In this document: one piece after another, positions 1-9,200 of the stretch
Layout of the letters: each line of letters starts with the position of its first letter
Numbering within the stretch: position 1 is the first letter of the stretch
Source: a virus
Length of the DNA stretch: 64,000 bases
Direction: 5' to 3' (one strand)
Virus record (IMG/VR): IMGVR_UViG_3300042922_000346
Coordinates: 650 to 64,649 of that record
Translations under genes and position numbers: made by a program
Notes under the pieces: model-generated
The model's input: the letters and a program-made list of their open reading frames with translations, nothing else
The model's database searches: none
Told to the model about the DNA's origin: nothing

Positions 1-1
1 T

Positions 2-136
2 ACATTTGATAATTATAAATTCTTAAATTGTATTTGTGAATTAGAAGGTATAAAAAACAATTTAGAAGATGAATTTGTAAGAAAAAAGACACTAGATTTA
101 GCTAACTTTATAAGCAATATTCCAAAGGAGAGTTGA
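2..136 (+). CDS. 3' end (44 codons) of an upstream gene truncated by the window edge
   Basis: Frame open from position 2 to TGA at 134-136 with no in-window start; ends immediately before the RBS (AAAGGAGAG) of the next gene. Confidence 0.4.
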   Translation, partial: TFDNYKFLNCICELEGIKNNLEDEFVRKKTLDLANFISNIPKES

Positions 137-140
137 TAAT

Positions 141-1142
141 ATGAATTTAGATATTTCTAAATATAGAAAAAACTCTGCTTTTTATAAATATGGAGCAAGT
201 GAATCTTATGAAAGACAAATGGTTATATCACAAGCAATTGATGAATTTGAATTATATCAACAGTATGCTCCAAATACGCATAAAATGTATATAAACGGAA
301 GTTTAACTCCAATATTAGGTACTATTCAAGACGTATCTGACTTAGAAGTAAGAGCAGATACTAAATGGTTATTAACATCATTGAAGAATAAAGTAAATAG
401 TGGCGATATAATTTTATGGGATGGTATAAAATGGATTTGTATATATGATAAAGAGCAACCTACTCAGAATTGTTATACTGTTAAAATACAACCATGTAAT
501 TACGCTATTAAAATACCATATTTAAACGAAGAGAATATCCCAAGTTTATATACTTCTGATAGTATTATAATGACTTATTTGACAGACACAAAAGATTTTA
601 AACAACCATTCCCAACAGAAGTAGGTACGACTTTTGCTACTGTTCAATTTAATGAAATTAATAATATAATACAAAGAAAATCTAGGATATGGTTATACGA
701 TAGTCCATTTGAAGTTACAGGAGTAGATTTTACAAATATAAACTTTTATACAAATAAAGGATTTTTAAAATGGACACTTAGACCAGATACCCAAAGTGAT
801 GATTATGATAATAAATTACTTGGTGTTTGTGACTATTATAGAATTTTTAATAAATCAGTAGTAACTCCAATAGACAATAATGATGCAAATATAGTTTTGA
901 CAGCTAATAAAAAATCATTAGGACTATATGATTTTGCTACAGCAACAATTGTTACTAATCCAATCAATGAAAGTATAAAGGTTGAGTTTGAAGGAGATAC
1001 AAAGGGATGTTTGTTATCTGATGTTACTAATAATGGATTTACAATAAAATCTGGTTCTAAAATCGGAATAGTATATATCAAATGTTCTTTGGTAAGTAAT
1101 CCATCTCAATTTTCTAAATTAAGATTTACTATATCTGGGTAG
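141..1142 (+). CDS. hypothetical phage late/structural protein (333 aa)
   Basis: Long ORF with RBS AAGGAGAG upstream; co-oriented and tightly packed with tail genes; no recognisable motif. Confidence 0.55.
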   Translation: MNLDISKYRKNSAFYKYGASESYERQMVISQAIDEFELYQQYAPNTHKMYINGSLTPILGTIQDVSDLEVRADTKWLLTSLKNKVNSGDIILWDGIKWICIYDKEQPTQNCYTVKIQPCNYAIKIPYLNEENIPSLYTSDSIIMTYLTDTKDFKQPFPTEVGTTFATVQFNEINNIIQRKSRIWLYDSPFEVTGVDFTNINFYTNKGFLKWTLRPDTQSDDYDNKLLGVCDYYRIFNKSVVTPIDNNDANIVLTANKKSLGLYDFATATIVTNPINESIKVEFEGDTKGCLLSDVTNNGFTIKSGSKIGIVYIKCSLVSNPSQFSKLRFTISG

Positions 1143-1153
1143 GAGGGATATGG

Positions 1154-1657
1154 ATGGTTACAAAAAAGAATATGCAAGAAATCTTTGATATGTTAATTGA
1201 GGATGAATCATTTTGTAGATTTTTGGCTTATGGTAAGAATCCTTTAGATGAATCAAAAGATAATATTGTGGGAAGTCCTTCTCACGAAGAGTTAATGAAA
1301 AAAATAATAAATTTCGCTCCTCAAATAGATACAATAGAAGCAAAAGAAAGAGTACGAGTGTGTCTATATAAATCATATACTAAATTTAAAATATATGAAC
1401 CAGCAATAAGAGATGAATTAATTCAGATTGACATATATTGTCCTCATGAATTAGTAAAAGAAGATATGCGACCGTATGATATTGAAAATATAATAGTTAC
1501 TTTACTAGAGGGTAAGGTAATAACTGGTATAGGTTCATTGTTGTATGTTGATGGTTCATTTGTTCCATTACCTTCTGTCAGTGGTTATGCTCAATATAAA
1601 ATGATTTTCTCTATGCAACAAGGTAGAGCAACACAAGGAATGGGTTTACGTGGATAA
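1154..1657 (+). CDS. hypothetical phage late protein (167 aa)
   Basis: RBS GGAGGGA 6 nt upstream; tight spacing in late operon. Confidence 0.5.
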   Translation: MVTKKNMQEIFDMLIEDESFCRFLAYGKNPLDESKDNIVGSPSHEELMKKIINFAPQIDTIEAKERVRVCLYKSYTKFKIYEPAIRDELIQIDIYCPHELVKEDMRPYDIENIIVTLLEGKVITGIGSLLYVDGSFVPLPSVSGYAQYKMIFSMQQGRATQGMGLRG

Positions 1658-2345
1658 TATACCTCAATTATATATATTAAGTAAACCAATAGAGACAGAA
1701 TTAGGGAATATTCATTTTTTTAAAGTCAGTGATTATGATATTTTGTTAAAATATGTACCTTATATAGAATTAAGTAAATCTGAATTAGTTAATAAAGTAT
1801 TTAGTATTGATAAGGATTTAGGTAAATTAGCTAAAGAACTTCAAATGATAGAACTCATAAATATGTTCAAAGACTTATATAACAAATATCAAGAATTATT
1901 TTTATTTTGTTTTAAAAAAGATGTTTTTTATAAAATAGATAATGATAATACTTTTGAATATTATATAGATTTAATAAGAAAAATGAATTTAATTGAGCAT
2001 GAAGAAAAGAATCCTAATCCAGAAATTCAATATTTTAATGATTTAAAAAAATTATATGATAAGAAGAAGAGTAATGGAGATATAACTTTCGAGTCAATAT
2101 ATACATCGGTAGCTAAAGAATGTGGTAATCCCGATGATATGTCGATATATAAAATGTATGCCTTGTTTAATAGAATCTGTCAATTCCAAAACCATCAAAC
2201 AACTGTATTATATAGTTCTGTATCTGGAGGAGATAAAGTTTCTATAGACCCTTGGTATAAACATGTGGATTTAACAAAAAAAGAAAGAGAAACAATGACA
2301 TTAGACCAATTTGAAAACAAGGTAAAAAATATGATGGAAAACTAA
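1650..2345 (+). CDS. hypothetical phage late protein (231 aa), GTG start overlapping upstream stop
   Basis: ORF overlaps previous gene by 8 nt; start codon in sequence is GTG. Confidence 0.45.
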   Translation: MDNIPQLYILSKPIETELGNIHFFKVSDYDILLKYVPYIELSKSELVNKVFSIDKDLGKLAKELQMIELINMFKDLYNKYQELFLFCFKKDVFYKIDNDNTFEYYIDLIRKMNLIEHEEKNPNPEIQYFNDLKKLYDKKKSNGDITFESIYTSVAKECGNPDDMSIYKMYALFNRICQFQNHQTTVLYSSVSGGDKVSIDPWYKHVDLTKKERETMTLDQFENKVKNMMEN

Positions 2346-2362
2346 TTAAAGGAGAGATAAGA

Positions 2363-3079
2363 ATGAATAATATTCACGTTCAAGACGTATGTGAGGTTTA
2401 TTTAAAAGACCTTTCAGACCCAACCAAAGTATTCTTCTTTGGTATCACAATAAGTAATGAAGTAACTGCACAAATACAGCAAGAAGTTTTACGTGGCGGT
2501 ATAAGTAATGTGGTATATGGCGTTGCTCAAAGCAATAAAGAAATGAGTTTTAACGTTAAGACATTGTTCCATAATGATGACCTATATTCTATCCAAATGG
2601 GAAGTAATTTTTCTAGTGGAAGTACTATAATTCAAAAGTCTGAACAAGGCACTGTTAGTGCTGGTAAAGTTACAATAACAGGAACACCACAAGGAACTGC
2701 TTGTGTGGTAATTGATGGCTTAGGTAAACAATATGTGGGAACTTATGCAACAGGGCAAGTTACTATAACTACTCCACCATCAGATGGTACTGTAGTAACA
2801 GTAGTATATCCTTCAACTGTAACAGCACAGATATTAGATTTAAACAGTAAAACATTCCCAAAAAATTACTATGTAGAATTACACACAATAGCTTGGGATA
2901 TAGACAAAAATACTGTAGTAGCTGATATTTATTGGGTATTTGAAAAAGCAATGCCAAACGGTGGATTAACCGCTTCATACGAAGCTGGCAAAGGTAACGG
3001 CGACGATATTACATTTACAGCACAATGTAAAGTAGGTTCTAGTTCATTTGGTAAATATTTAACAGTAGCTAGGGCATAA
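2363..3079 (+). CDS. putative major tail protein (Thr/Gly/Val-rich, Ig-like C-terminal region)
   Basis: RBS AAAGGAGAGA; T/G/V-rich beta-rich composition typical of siphophage major tail proteins; followed directly by a strong intrinsic terminator as highly expressed tail-tube genes often are. Confidence 0.4.
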   Translation: MNNIHVQDVCEVYLKDLSDPTKVFFFGITISNEVTAQIQQEVLRGGISNVVYGVAQSNKEMSFNVKTLFHNDDLYSIQMGSNFSSGSTIIQKSEQGTVSAGKVTITGTPQGTACVVIDGLGKQYVGTYATGQVTITTPPSDGTVVTVVYPSTVTAQILDLNSKTFPKNYYVELHTIAWDIDKNTVVADIYWVFEKAMPNGGLTASYEAGKGNGDDITFTAQCKVGSSSFGKYLTVARA

Positions 3080-3080
3080 T

Positions 3081-3112
3081 AAATAGGGGTTTATCCCCTA
3101 TTTTATTTTTAA
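3081..3112 (+). terminator. rho-independent terminator/attenuator after putative major tail protein
   Basis: AAATAGGGG-tttat-CCCCTATTT 9-bp stem followed by TTATTTTT. Confidence 0.7.
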
Positions 3113-3125
3113 AGGAGGAAAGGTT

Positions 3126-3662
3126 ATGAAGTTAAGTCAATACAAATCAATTAATGTAGTTAGAAAATTGCAGTACGTAAATGGTGAAGCGATTATAAAA
3201 AACATCGTTGATTTTAATGGAGAAATAGGATTTTATGCTACAGACATAGACAGATTGACAAAGATTAATGAGGAAATAATTCAAAAAATAGAAAAAATAT
3301 CAAATGACGAAATTACTTATAAATTTATACCGTATTTATGTGATGTGGAATGTGACATAAGTTTTGAGGAATTTACAGAAATGCTTGAACATCCAACCCA
3401 ACAATTCATAGATTTTATGACATTAATAGCTAAATCTATGAATGATATATTTGAGATGTTGGATTCTATAGCCAACATGTCAGAAACCACTGAGAATGTA
3501 CAAGTTACAGTTAATAGAATACAGGAGAATATACCAGAAACAATTATATCTGAGGAAGAACAGCTTGATGAATTATATAGTGCGTTAAGTAAAACTTCTG
3601 ACAAAGATATTAGAAAGTCTTTAATACGTCAAATTACAGAATTAGAAAATAAAGAAAAGTGA
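3126..3662 (+). CDS. hypothetical acidic protein (178 aa)
   Basis: RBS AAAGGAGGAAAGG 5 nt upstream; highly acidic, D/E-rich. Confidence 0.5.
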   Translation: MKLSQYKSINVVRKLQYVNGEAIIKNIVDFNGEIGFYATDIDRLTKINEEIIQKIEKISNDEITYKFIPYLCDVECDISFEEFTEMLEHPTQQFIDFMTLIAKSMNDIFEMLDSIANMSETTENVQVTVNRIQENIPETIISEEEQLDELYSALSKTSDKDIRKSLIRQITELENKEK

Positions 3663-3668
3663 TGATTT

Positions 3669-4115
3669 ATGGCGAAACAAATATTGTCTTACGATATAGA
3701 CAAGGAAATTAGCGAAGAATTTAATAATTATTTATACAAAATTGCAGACCAAATACAAGAAATAATGATAAGAGCAATTATCCTATCTGTATATCGAAGA
3801 TATAATCCTGTAGAATATAAAAGAACGTATGCATTAGCACAATGTGTATCCGTAAAAGTTGATACAACAAGGAATGTGTTATTAGCATATATAGACGAAG
3901 ATAAACTTGATTATTTTTCTGCGGTAGATGGTAGAGCGGTCACACCATTAATTCCTTATATCATAGAAGAAGGACATAATGATGACTATCCATATGTTTT
4001 TAATATGTATCATCATTATCCTGCTAGACGTTATTTAGAAATGGCTAGAGATATGATATTGACACAACTTGGTATAGATGTGGAAATAGTAAAGAACCCA
4101 CCCCAATATGTGTAG
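3669..4115 (+). CDS. hypothetical protein (148 aa)
   Basis: ORF packed 6 nt after previous stop. Confidence 0.5.
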   Translation: MAKQILSYDIDKEISEEFNNYLYKIADQIQEIMIRAIILSVYRRYNPVEYKRTYALAQCVSVKVDTTRNVLLAYIDEDKLDYFSAVDGRAVTPLIPYIIEEGHNDDYPYVFNMYHHYPARRYLEMARDMILTQLGIDVEIVKNPPQYV

Positions 4116-4134
4116 TTTAAGGAGTGTTTAGGTA

Positions 4135-4527
4135 ATGAGCGAGAATGAAAATGTTGTATATGAAAAAATCGCAAATGTAGGTGCTAGAATAGATAGGGTT
4201 GAAGAATCAATGGATAAAATAAACCAAAGAATGGATGAATTTGATAAAAAAACAGGTGCGTTAGAACATGAACTATCTAATAGACTTACCAAGATGGAAA
4301 CTAAATTTGATTTCTTTTTAGATATAACTTCTAATAAATTAGATAATTTAGATAAAAAAATGGATAAGTTTATGATAGATGCAAATCAAACAAAGGTTCA
4401 AACACCACCCCCATCCCAAGCGGATACTTTTAAAGAGTGGGGTTTTAAAAAAGGTATGCAAATTCTTGATACCGCTATTTATGGTGGAGTATTATATGCA
4501 ATAGCAAAAGGATTAAAATTATTTTAA
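4135..4527 (+). CDS. XhlA-like coiled-coil protein with C-terminal transmembrane helix (lysis-associated)
   Basis: RBS AAGGAG; N-terminal heptad coiled coil, C-terminal hydrophobic segment ILDTAIYGGVLYAIAKGLKLF; sits immediately upstream of amidase and holin-like genes as xhlA does in PBSX-type lysis cassettes. Confidence 0.45.
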   Translation: MSENENVVYEKIANVGARIDRVEESMDKINQRMDEFDKKTGALEHELSNRLTKMETKFDFFLDITSNKLDNLDKKMDKFMIDANQTKVQTPPPSQADTFKEWGFKKGMQILDTAIYGGVLYAIAKGLKLF

Positions 4528-4546
4528 AAAAGAAGGTAGGGATAAT

Positions 4547-5512
4547 ATGAAAATAGGATGGAGATATGGACATTTAAAAAATGTAGACCAATCTGCTAAT
4601 GGAATATTATTAGAATATGAATTTAATAGATTTTATGGTGCTAGAGTAGTTGAATATTTACAGAAGGATGGAAATGAATTAATTGATTGTACCCCTCCAG
4701 AATCAACTGCTACAATGGCAGATAGTTTAAATTATGGAATAAAGAAAGCCAATGATAATAAAGTAGATTATTTTGTAAGTTTTCATGGTAACTGTTTTAA
4801 TGGAGAAGCTAATGGTTCAGAAGTTATATGTGGTTCTCAAGCAGGAATAGATATAGGAAATAGAATTACAAGTAATTTAGAAAAATTAGGATTTGTTAAT
4901 CGTGGAGCAAAAATGGATACTAGAGGATTAGCTGAAATAAAGAAAACAAATATGACGGCTAATATTATAGAACCATTATTTGTAGATAGCAGAAAAGATA
5001 TTGATTTATTAGATGCTGTAGGAGTAGATTTATTTGCTAGAGCGATAGCAGAAGGTATTGTTGGACATGTTATAAATGTAGTAGAACCAACTCCAGAACC
5101 AGAACCAATTCCAGAAGATAATTCTGTGTTGGATGCTCAACGTAAATTAAATAAATTAAAATTTTACGGAGCGAATGGATTAAGACTTGATGAAGATGGA
5201 ATCATGGGAGCGAACACTATGTTTGCAATAAGAGAGTTTCAATATATAACTGGGTTAAGTATTGACGGTGTTCTAGGTGAGACAACAAAAGGAGCAATAA
5301 ATCATATCCTTAATGATAGACCAATGGTATCTATAACAATTAATAATAATGAGGTTATTGCTATAAGATATTTACAATGGAGATTAGGAATAATTTTTGA
5401 TGGTATATTTGGTAATGGTACAAGGAATGCAGTTATTGGATTCCAATCCAGAAACGGATTATATCAAGATGGAATTGTTGGTAATGATACATGGAAAGTA
5501 TTATTAGATTAG
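4547..5512 (+). CDS. N-acetylmuramoyl-L-alanine amidase (Amidase_3 family) with two C-terminal PG_binding_1 repeats; endolysin
   Basis: Motifs GH..E, DYFVSFHGNCFNGEANGSEV, NRGAKMDTRGLAEIKKTNMTANIIEPLFVDSRKD match the Amidase_3 zinc amidase pattern; two DG(I/V)xGxxTxxAIxxFQ repeats match PG_binding_1; Pro/Glu linker PTPEPEPIPE. Confidence 0.75.
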   Translation: MKIGWRYGHLKNVDQSANGILLEYEFNRFYGARVVEYLQKDGNELIDCTPPESTATMADSLNYGIKKANDNKVDYFVSFHGNCFNGEANGSEVICGSQAGIDIGNRITSNLEKLGFVNRGAKMDTRGLAEIKKTNMTANIIEPLFVDSRKDIDLLDAVGVDLFARAIAEGIVGHVINVVEPTPEPEPIPEDNSVLDAQRKLNKLKFYGANGLRLDEDGIMGANTMFAIREFQYITGLSIDGVLGETTKGAINHILNDRPMVSITINNNEVIAIRYLQWRLGIIFDGIFGNGTRNAVIGFQSRNGLYQDGIVGNDTWKVLLD

Positions 5513-5522
5513 GAGGGTTATT

Positions 5523-5750
5523 ATGGAAACCTCAAAAAAATTAACTTGGGTAATGACTATATTCTTTATTTTTGCTGTTATAGGAATAGGATTAACAGAT
5601 GCTTTATTAAAAACTAATTTATCATATTTATTAGATTATATTATGCCATTAGAAACAACTGTTATGGTAGCATATTTTGGTAAAAGCGGTGTTGAAAATT
5701 TCCAAAAAATAAAGAGTTCTGACAGTACGAGTATTGACCAAACTAAATAA
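5523..5750 (+). CDS. holin-like small membrane protein (75 aa)
   Basis: Two hydrophobic helices then charged tail; immediately follows the amidase. Confidence 0.5.
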   Translation: METSKKLTWVMTIFFIFAVIGIGLTDALLKTNLSYLLDYIMPLETTVMVAYFGKSGVENFQKIKSSDSTSIDQTK

Positions 5751-5766
5751 TGTGAGGTGAAAATAC

Positions 5767-6135
5767 ATGGATTTAACTATAATATATGTGTTATTAATAA
5801 TTATCATAGTTATTGGTTTAAGTTGGTTAAGTAAATATTTAAAGGATAATGATATAGTAGATAGCGAAGATTTACTATTTGCTATGACGATACTAGATTT
5901 ATCAATGAAAATAATAGATGAATTAAATCTTAAAGACGAAGATAAAATAAAGGATATTGCTGAGATAGTTAAGGAATCTGTAGATTATATTAATAAGAGT
6001 ATGAGTGAGGAAGCAGATAAAGAAGTTTGGGCAATAGATTATGCATATAAATTATGTGAAGAAATGGATATAGAATTAACTGATAACAGAAAAGAAATAA
6101 TTATACAGTTAATTGGATTACAGCTTAAAAAATAA
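5767..6135 (+). CDS. small membrane protein (122 aa, N-terminal TM helix, acidic C-terminus); second holin or antiholin candidate
   Basis: N-terminal LTIIYVLLIIIIVIGLSWL helix; last gene before a strong terminator. Confidence 0.45.
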   Translation: MDLTIIYVLLIIIIVIGLSWLSKYLKDNDIVDSEDLLFAMTILDLSMKIIDELNLKDEDKIKDIAEIVKESVDYINKSMSEEADKEVWAIDYAYKLCEEMDIELTDNRKEIIIQLIGLQLKK

Positions 6136-6140
6136 CAAAC

Positions 6141-6186
6141 GAGGATATTACAAACAAACTTGTGATATCCTCTTATTTTTTTTGTT
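6141..6186 (+). terminator. rho-independent terminator closing the lysis cassette, upstream of the tape-measure gene
   Basis: GAGGATATTACA-aacaaact-TGTGATATCCTC 12-bp stem (1 mismatch) followed by TTATTTTTTTTT. Confidence 0.75.
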
Positions 6187-6234
6187 AGGTTGATAAAATT
6201 TGAATTTTATAAAAATTTAAATCATCGAACATAT

Positions 6235-6268
6235 ACGAAAAACGAAGAAAAACGAAGGAAAACGGAGA
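6235..6268 (+). repeat. three tandem ~10-bp direct repeats ACGAAGRAAA upstream of tape-measure start
   Basis: cgaaaaacgaagaaaaacgaaggaaaacggag read directly. Confidence 0.5.
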
Positions 6269-6295
6269 TTATAAAAGCAGAAAGGGTGATGAAAG

Positions 6296-9200
6296 GTGTT
6301 AGGAGTAAAAGTTGGTCTGGAGTCGAAAAGTGTCGCTCAAGTTAAATCGGAATTTATAAAATTATTAGATTCATTACAAGAAAGAGCAAATAAATCAGTA
6401 ATTAAAGTCGATGTAGACTTAAAAAATATGAGAAATGTTAATGCTGTTTTAAATGAAACAGTTAGTGGATTAAAAAAACTTAGTACTCAAACTAAAGATA
6501 GTATTAAAACCACTAACCAATTATCAAGTGCATATAATAATTTTGCTAAGACTCAAAAGGCAATTAACCAAACATCTACTACACGTGCTAAAGTTGATGT
6601 GGGTATTCCTCAATTAACAGAATGGTTTTTAATTAGACGAGGTATTCAACAAGTTATAGACCAAATAGCAAATGGATTTAAATTTATAAATGATTTTAAT
6701 AAATCTTTAACAGAAATAAGTATTGTTACTGGTAAAAATCAAGCATCTATAAATGCTTTAGGTTTAGAATATAATAAATTAGCAAAAGAAATGTCTGTAA
6801 CTACTCAAGAAATAGCAAAAGCATCTGTTGAATTTTATAGACAAGGTCTTGCTCAAGATGAAGTTAATAAAAGATTAGTATCTACAACTCAATATTCTAA
6901 AGTAGCAAATTTACAATTTGAACAGTCTGCTGAAATATTAACTTCAACGGTAAACTCAATGGAATTAGATATTAATCGTGTAACTGATGTATTTACATTC
7001 TTAGGAGATGCTACAGCTACAGGTGCAGATGAAATAGGTATTGCATTCCAAAAAGTTGGAGGTAGTGCATCTGCATTAGAAGTTCAATTTGAAAAAGTTG
7101 CATCATGGATTGCTACATTATCATCTAAAACACGTGAAGGTAGTGAAGCTATTGGTAACTCAATAAAATCATTAATGTCAAGATTTCAACAATTACGTGA
7201 ACGTGGTTTTGCAGAAGAGGACGGAACAAAAGTTAACCAAGTTGCTAAAGCATTAAATGAAGTAGGAATACAGGCTATGGATGCTACTGGCAATTTTAGA
7301 AACTTTGGAGATGTTATGGATGAACTTGGATTAAAATGGGATTCTTTAGACGGAAGAGAAAAATCTTATATATCTACCACTGTTGCAGGAGCATATCAAC
7401 AAAATAGATTCTTGAACTTAATGGAGAACTATAGAGAGTCTTTAGATTTATATTCTCAATCATTAGATAGTGCAGGAACAACTCAAAATAAATTTAATAT
7501 ATGGTTAGATTCTACAGAAGCACATATTAATAAATTACGTGCTACAACAGAAGGATTATGGCTAAAGGTATTTAATAGTGATGTTATAAAATCATTTATT
7601 GATACATTAAATGTATTAGTTGGTGGAATAGATAGCGTAGTTACTAAATTTGGAGGACTTCCAACATTATTTGCAACGATTGGTGTTACATTCGGAGCAT
7701 TAAAAAAGAATTGGTCTTTGTTCGGTGTAGAAATAACTAAGACAAATACAGCAATGTCAGATGGAAGTATAGTTACACAAAAATATGCTGGGTTCACAGG
7801 TATATTAGGTAATTCCTTAAATAAATTAATTGATAAAGAAATAAAATGGTATAATCAACAAAATATTGGCAATGAAGTATCTAGAAGTAGCTTATCTTTA
7901 TTTGACCAATTAAAATTTGCGTATAATGGAGTTGCTAGTGGAATATTAAATATGTCAGCTAAACAAGGTATTGCAATATTAACTACTGGTGCTTTAAAGG
8001 TAGCTTCTATTGCTTTAAATACTGCATTAACAATGGGTATTGGTTTACTTGTTGGAGCAGGAATACAAGCATTAGTAAATTATATAAATAAAACAAAAGA
8101 GTTAAAAACACAAGTTGATAATTTAACTCAAACAACTCAATCCAATATGCAAAATAATAATTCTAATATACGAACTTTGACAGCCTTAGAAGAAACTTAT
8201 AATAAGCTTACTCTTCAAACTAGTTTGACTAAAGACGAACAACAGGAATTAGTAGATATACAAAATCAAATTGCTTCTATTGCTCCAGATGTTGTTAGTG
8301 GATATGATGCTCAAGGTAATGCTGTTATTAGATTAAAAGACGGAGTTAAAGGATTAGTTGAAGAATTAAAAAAGAAAAACAAAGAAGAACAAGATAGTCT
8401 CGTAAGTGGATATGGCGATGCTAGTAAAGTATATAATAAAGAAACAGGTAAAGCACAAACTAAATTAGATAAATCAAATGAACAAAAACAATTTTTACTA
8501 GACCAAATAAAAACAAGCGAAGAATTAATGAGTAATTATGAAAAACTAGGTCAAGCTAGTTATGTAGATAAATACAAAACTGTAATAGCTGATTATGGCA
8601 GACAATTAAAAGAGGTAAATGGTGATATAGTTGAGCAAGAAGCTATTATTAGGTCAGCTACAGCAACAATGCAACCATTTAAAAATGCTTTTTTAAGTGT
8701 AGCAGATGGATATGATTTATTAAGTGAAAAGCAAAAGAAAATAGCTTTTGAACTTACTTCTGCATTAGACCCTAAGAAATATTCCCCAGAATCATTTCAA
8801 GAAATTGTTACTTTTGTAAGTGATAAAAAATTTACAGATACATTAAAACAATTAGAGTCTTTAAATGTAACGAAAGGAACTATCTCTGCAAAAGAATTTA
8901 ATGAGGAAATAATTAAATTATATAATGAATTAAGTAATCTTACTAGCGGTAAAATATCTGCTGATGCTTTGATGAATATGTTTAATATAAAACCAATTGA
9001 GTTAGCAACAGCTTCTATGAGAACTTTTGAAAAGATTCAAGAAGATGTAATTAATACGATGATTGAAGTAGGTAATCAACTTAAAGACGTAAATACATTA
9101 TTGCTTAATCATAAGGAAAATGGTGAGTGGGATTATGCTACTATTTCAAAATTAGCAGAAGTATATCCAGAACTTTTAAATGCTATGGGTGACGAAGAAA

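Noticed and set aside
836-1081. Antisense ORFs nested inside longer genes: 836-1081, 1158-1376, 2769-2978, 3317-3604, 7483-7797, 10585-10956, 12533-12912, 13453-13698, 17856-18062, 20098-20319, 22190-22513, 26135-26326, 28022-28339, 29004-29204, 29751-29954, 30843-31028, 31883-32113, 32912-33097, 35574-35768, 36773-37027, 38994-39200, 40832-41026, 42164-42445, 51764-51967, 52129-52341, 55004-55626, 55942-56124, 58154-58354, 61886-62386
   Set aside because: Each lies wholly inside and opposite a longer, motif-supported ORF. Most have low-complexity I/L/F-rich translations typical of AT-rich antisense frames and lack RBSs.
6190-6218. Possible sigma-A promoter TTGATA...TATAAA ahead of the tape-measure gene
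   Set aside because: Spacer is 12 nt for the only TATAAA, or the -10 is poor at 17 nt. It does not match the consensus family seen on the other strand.
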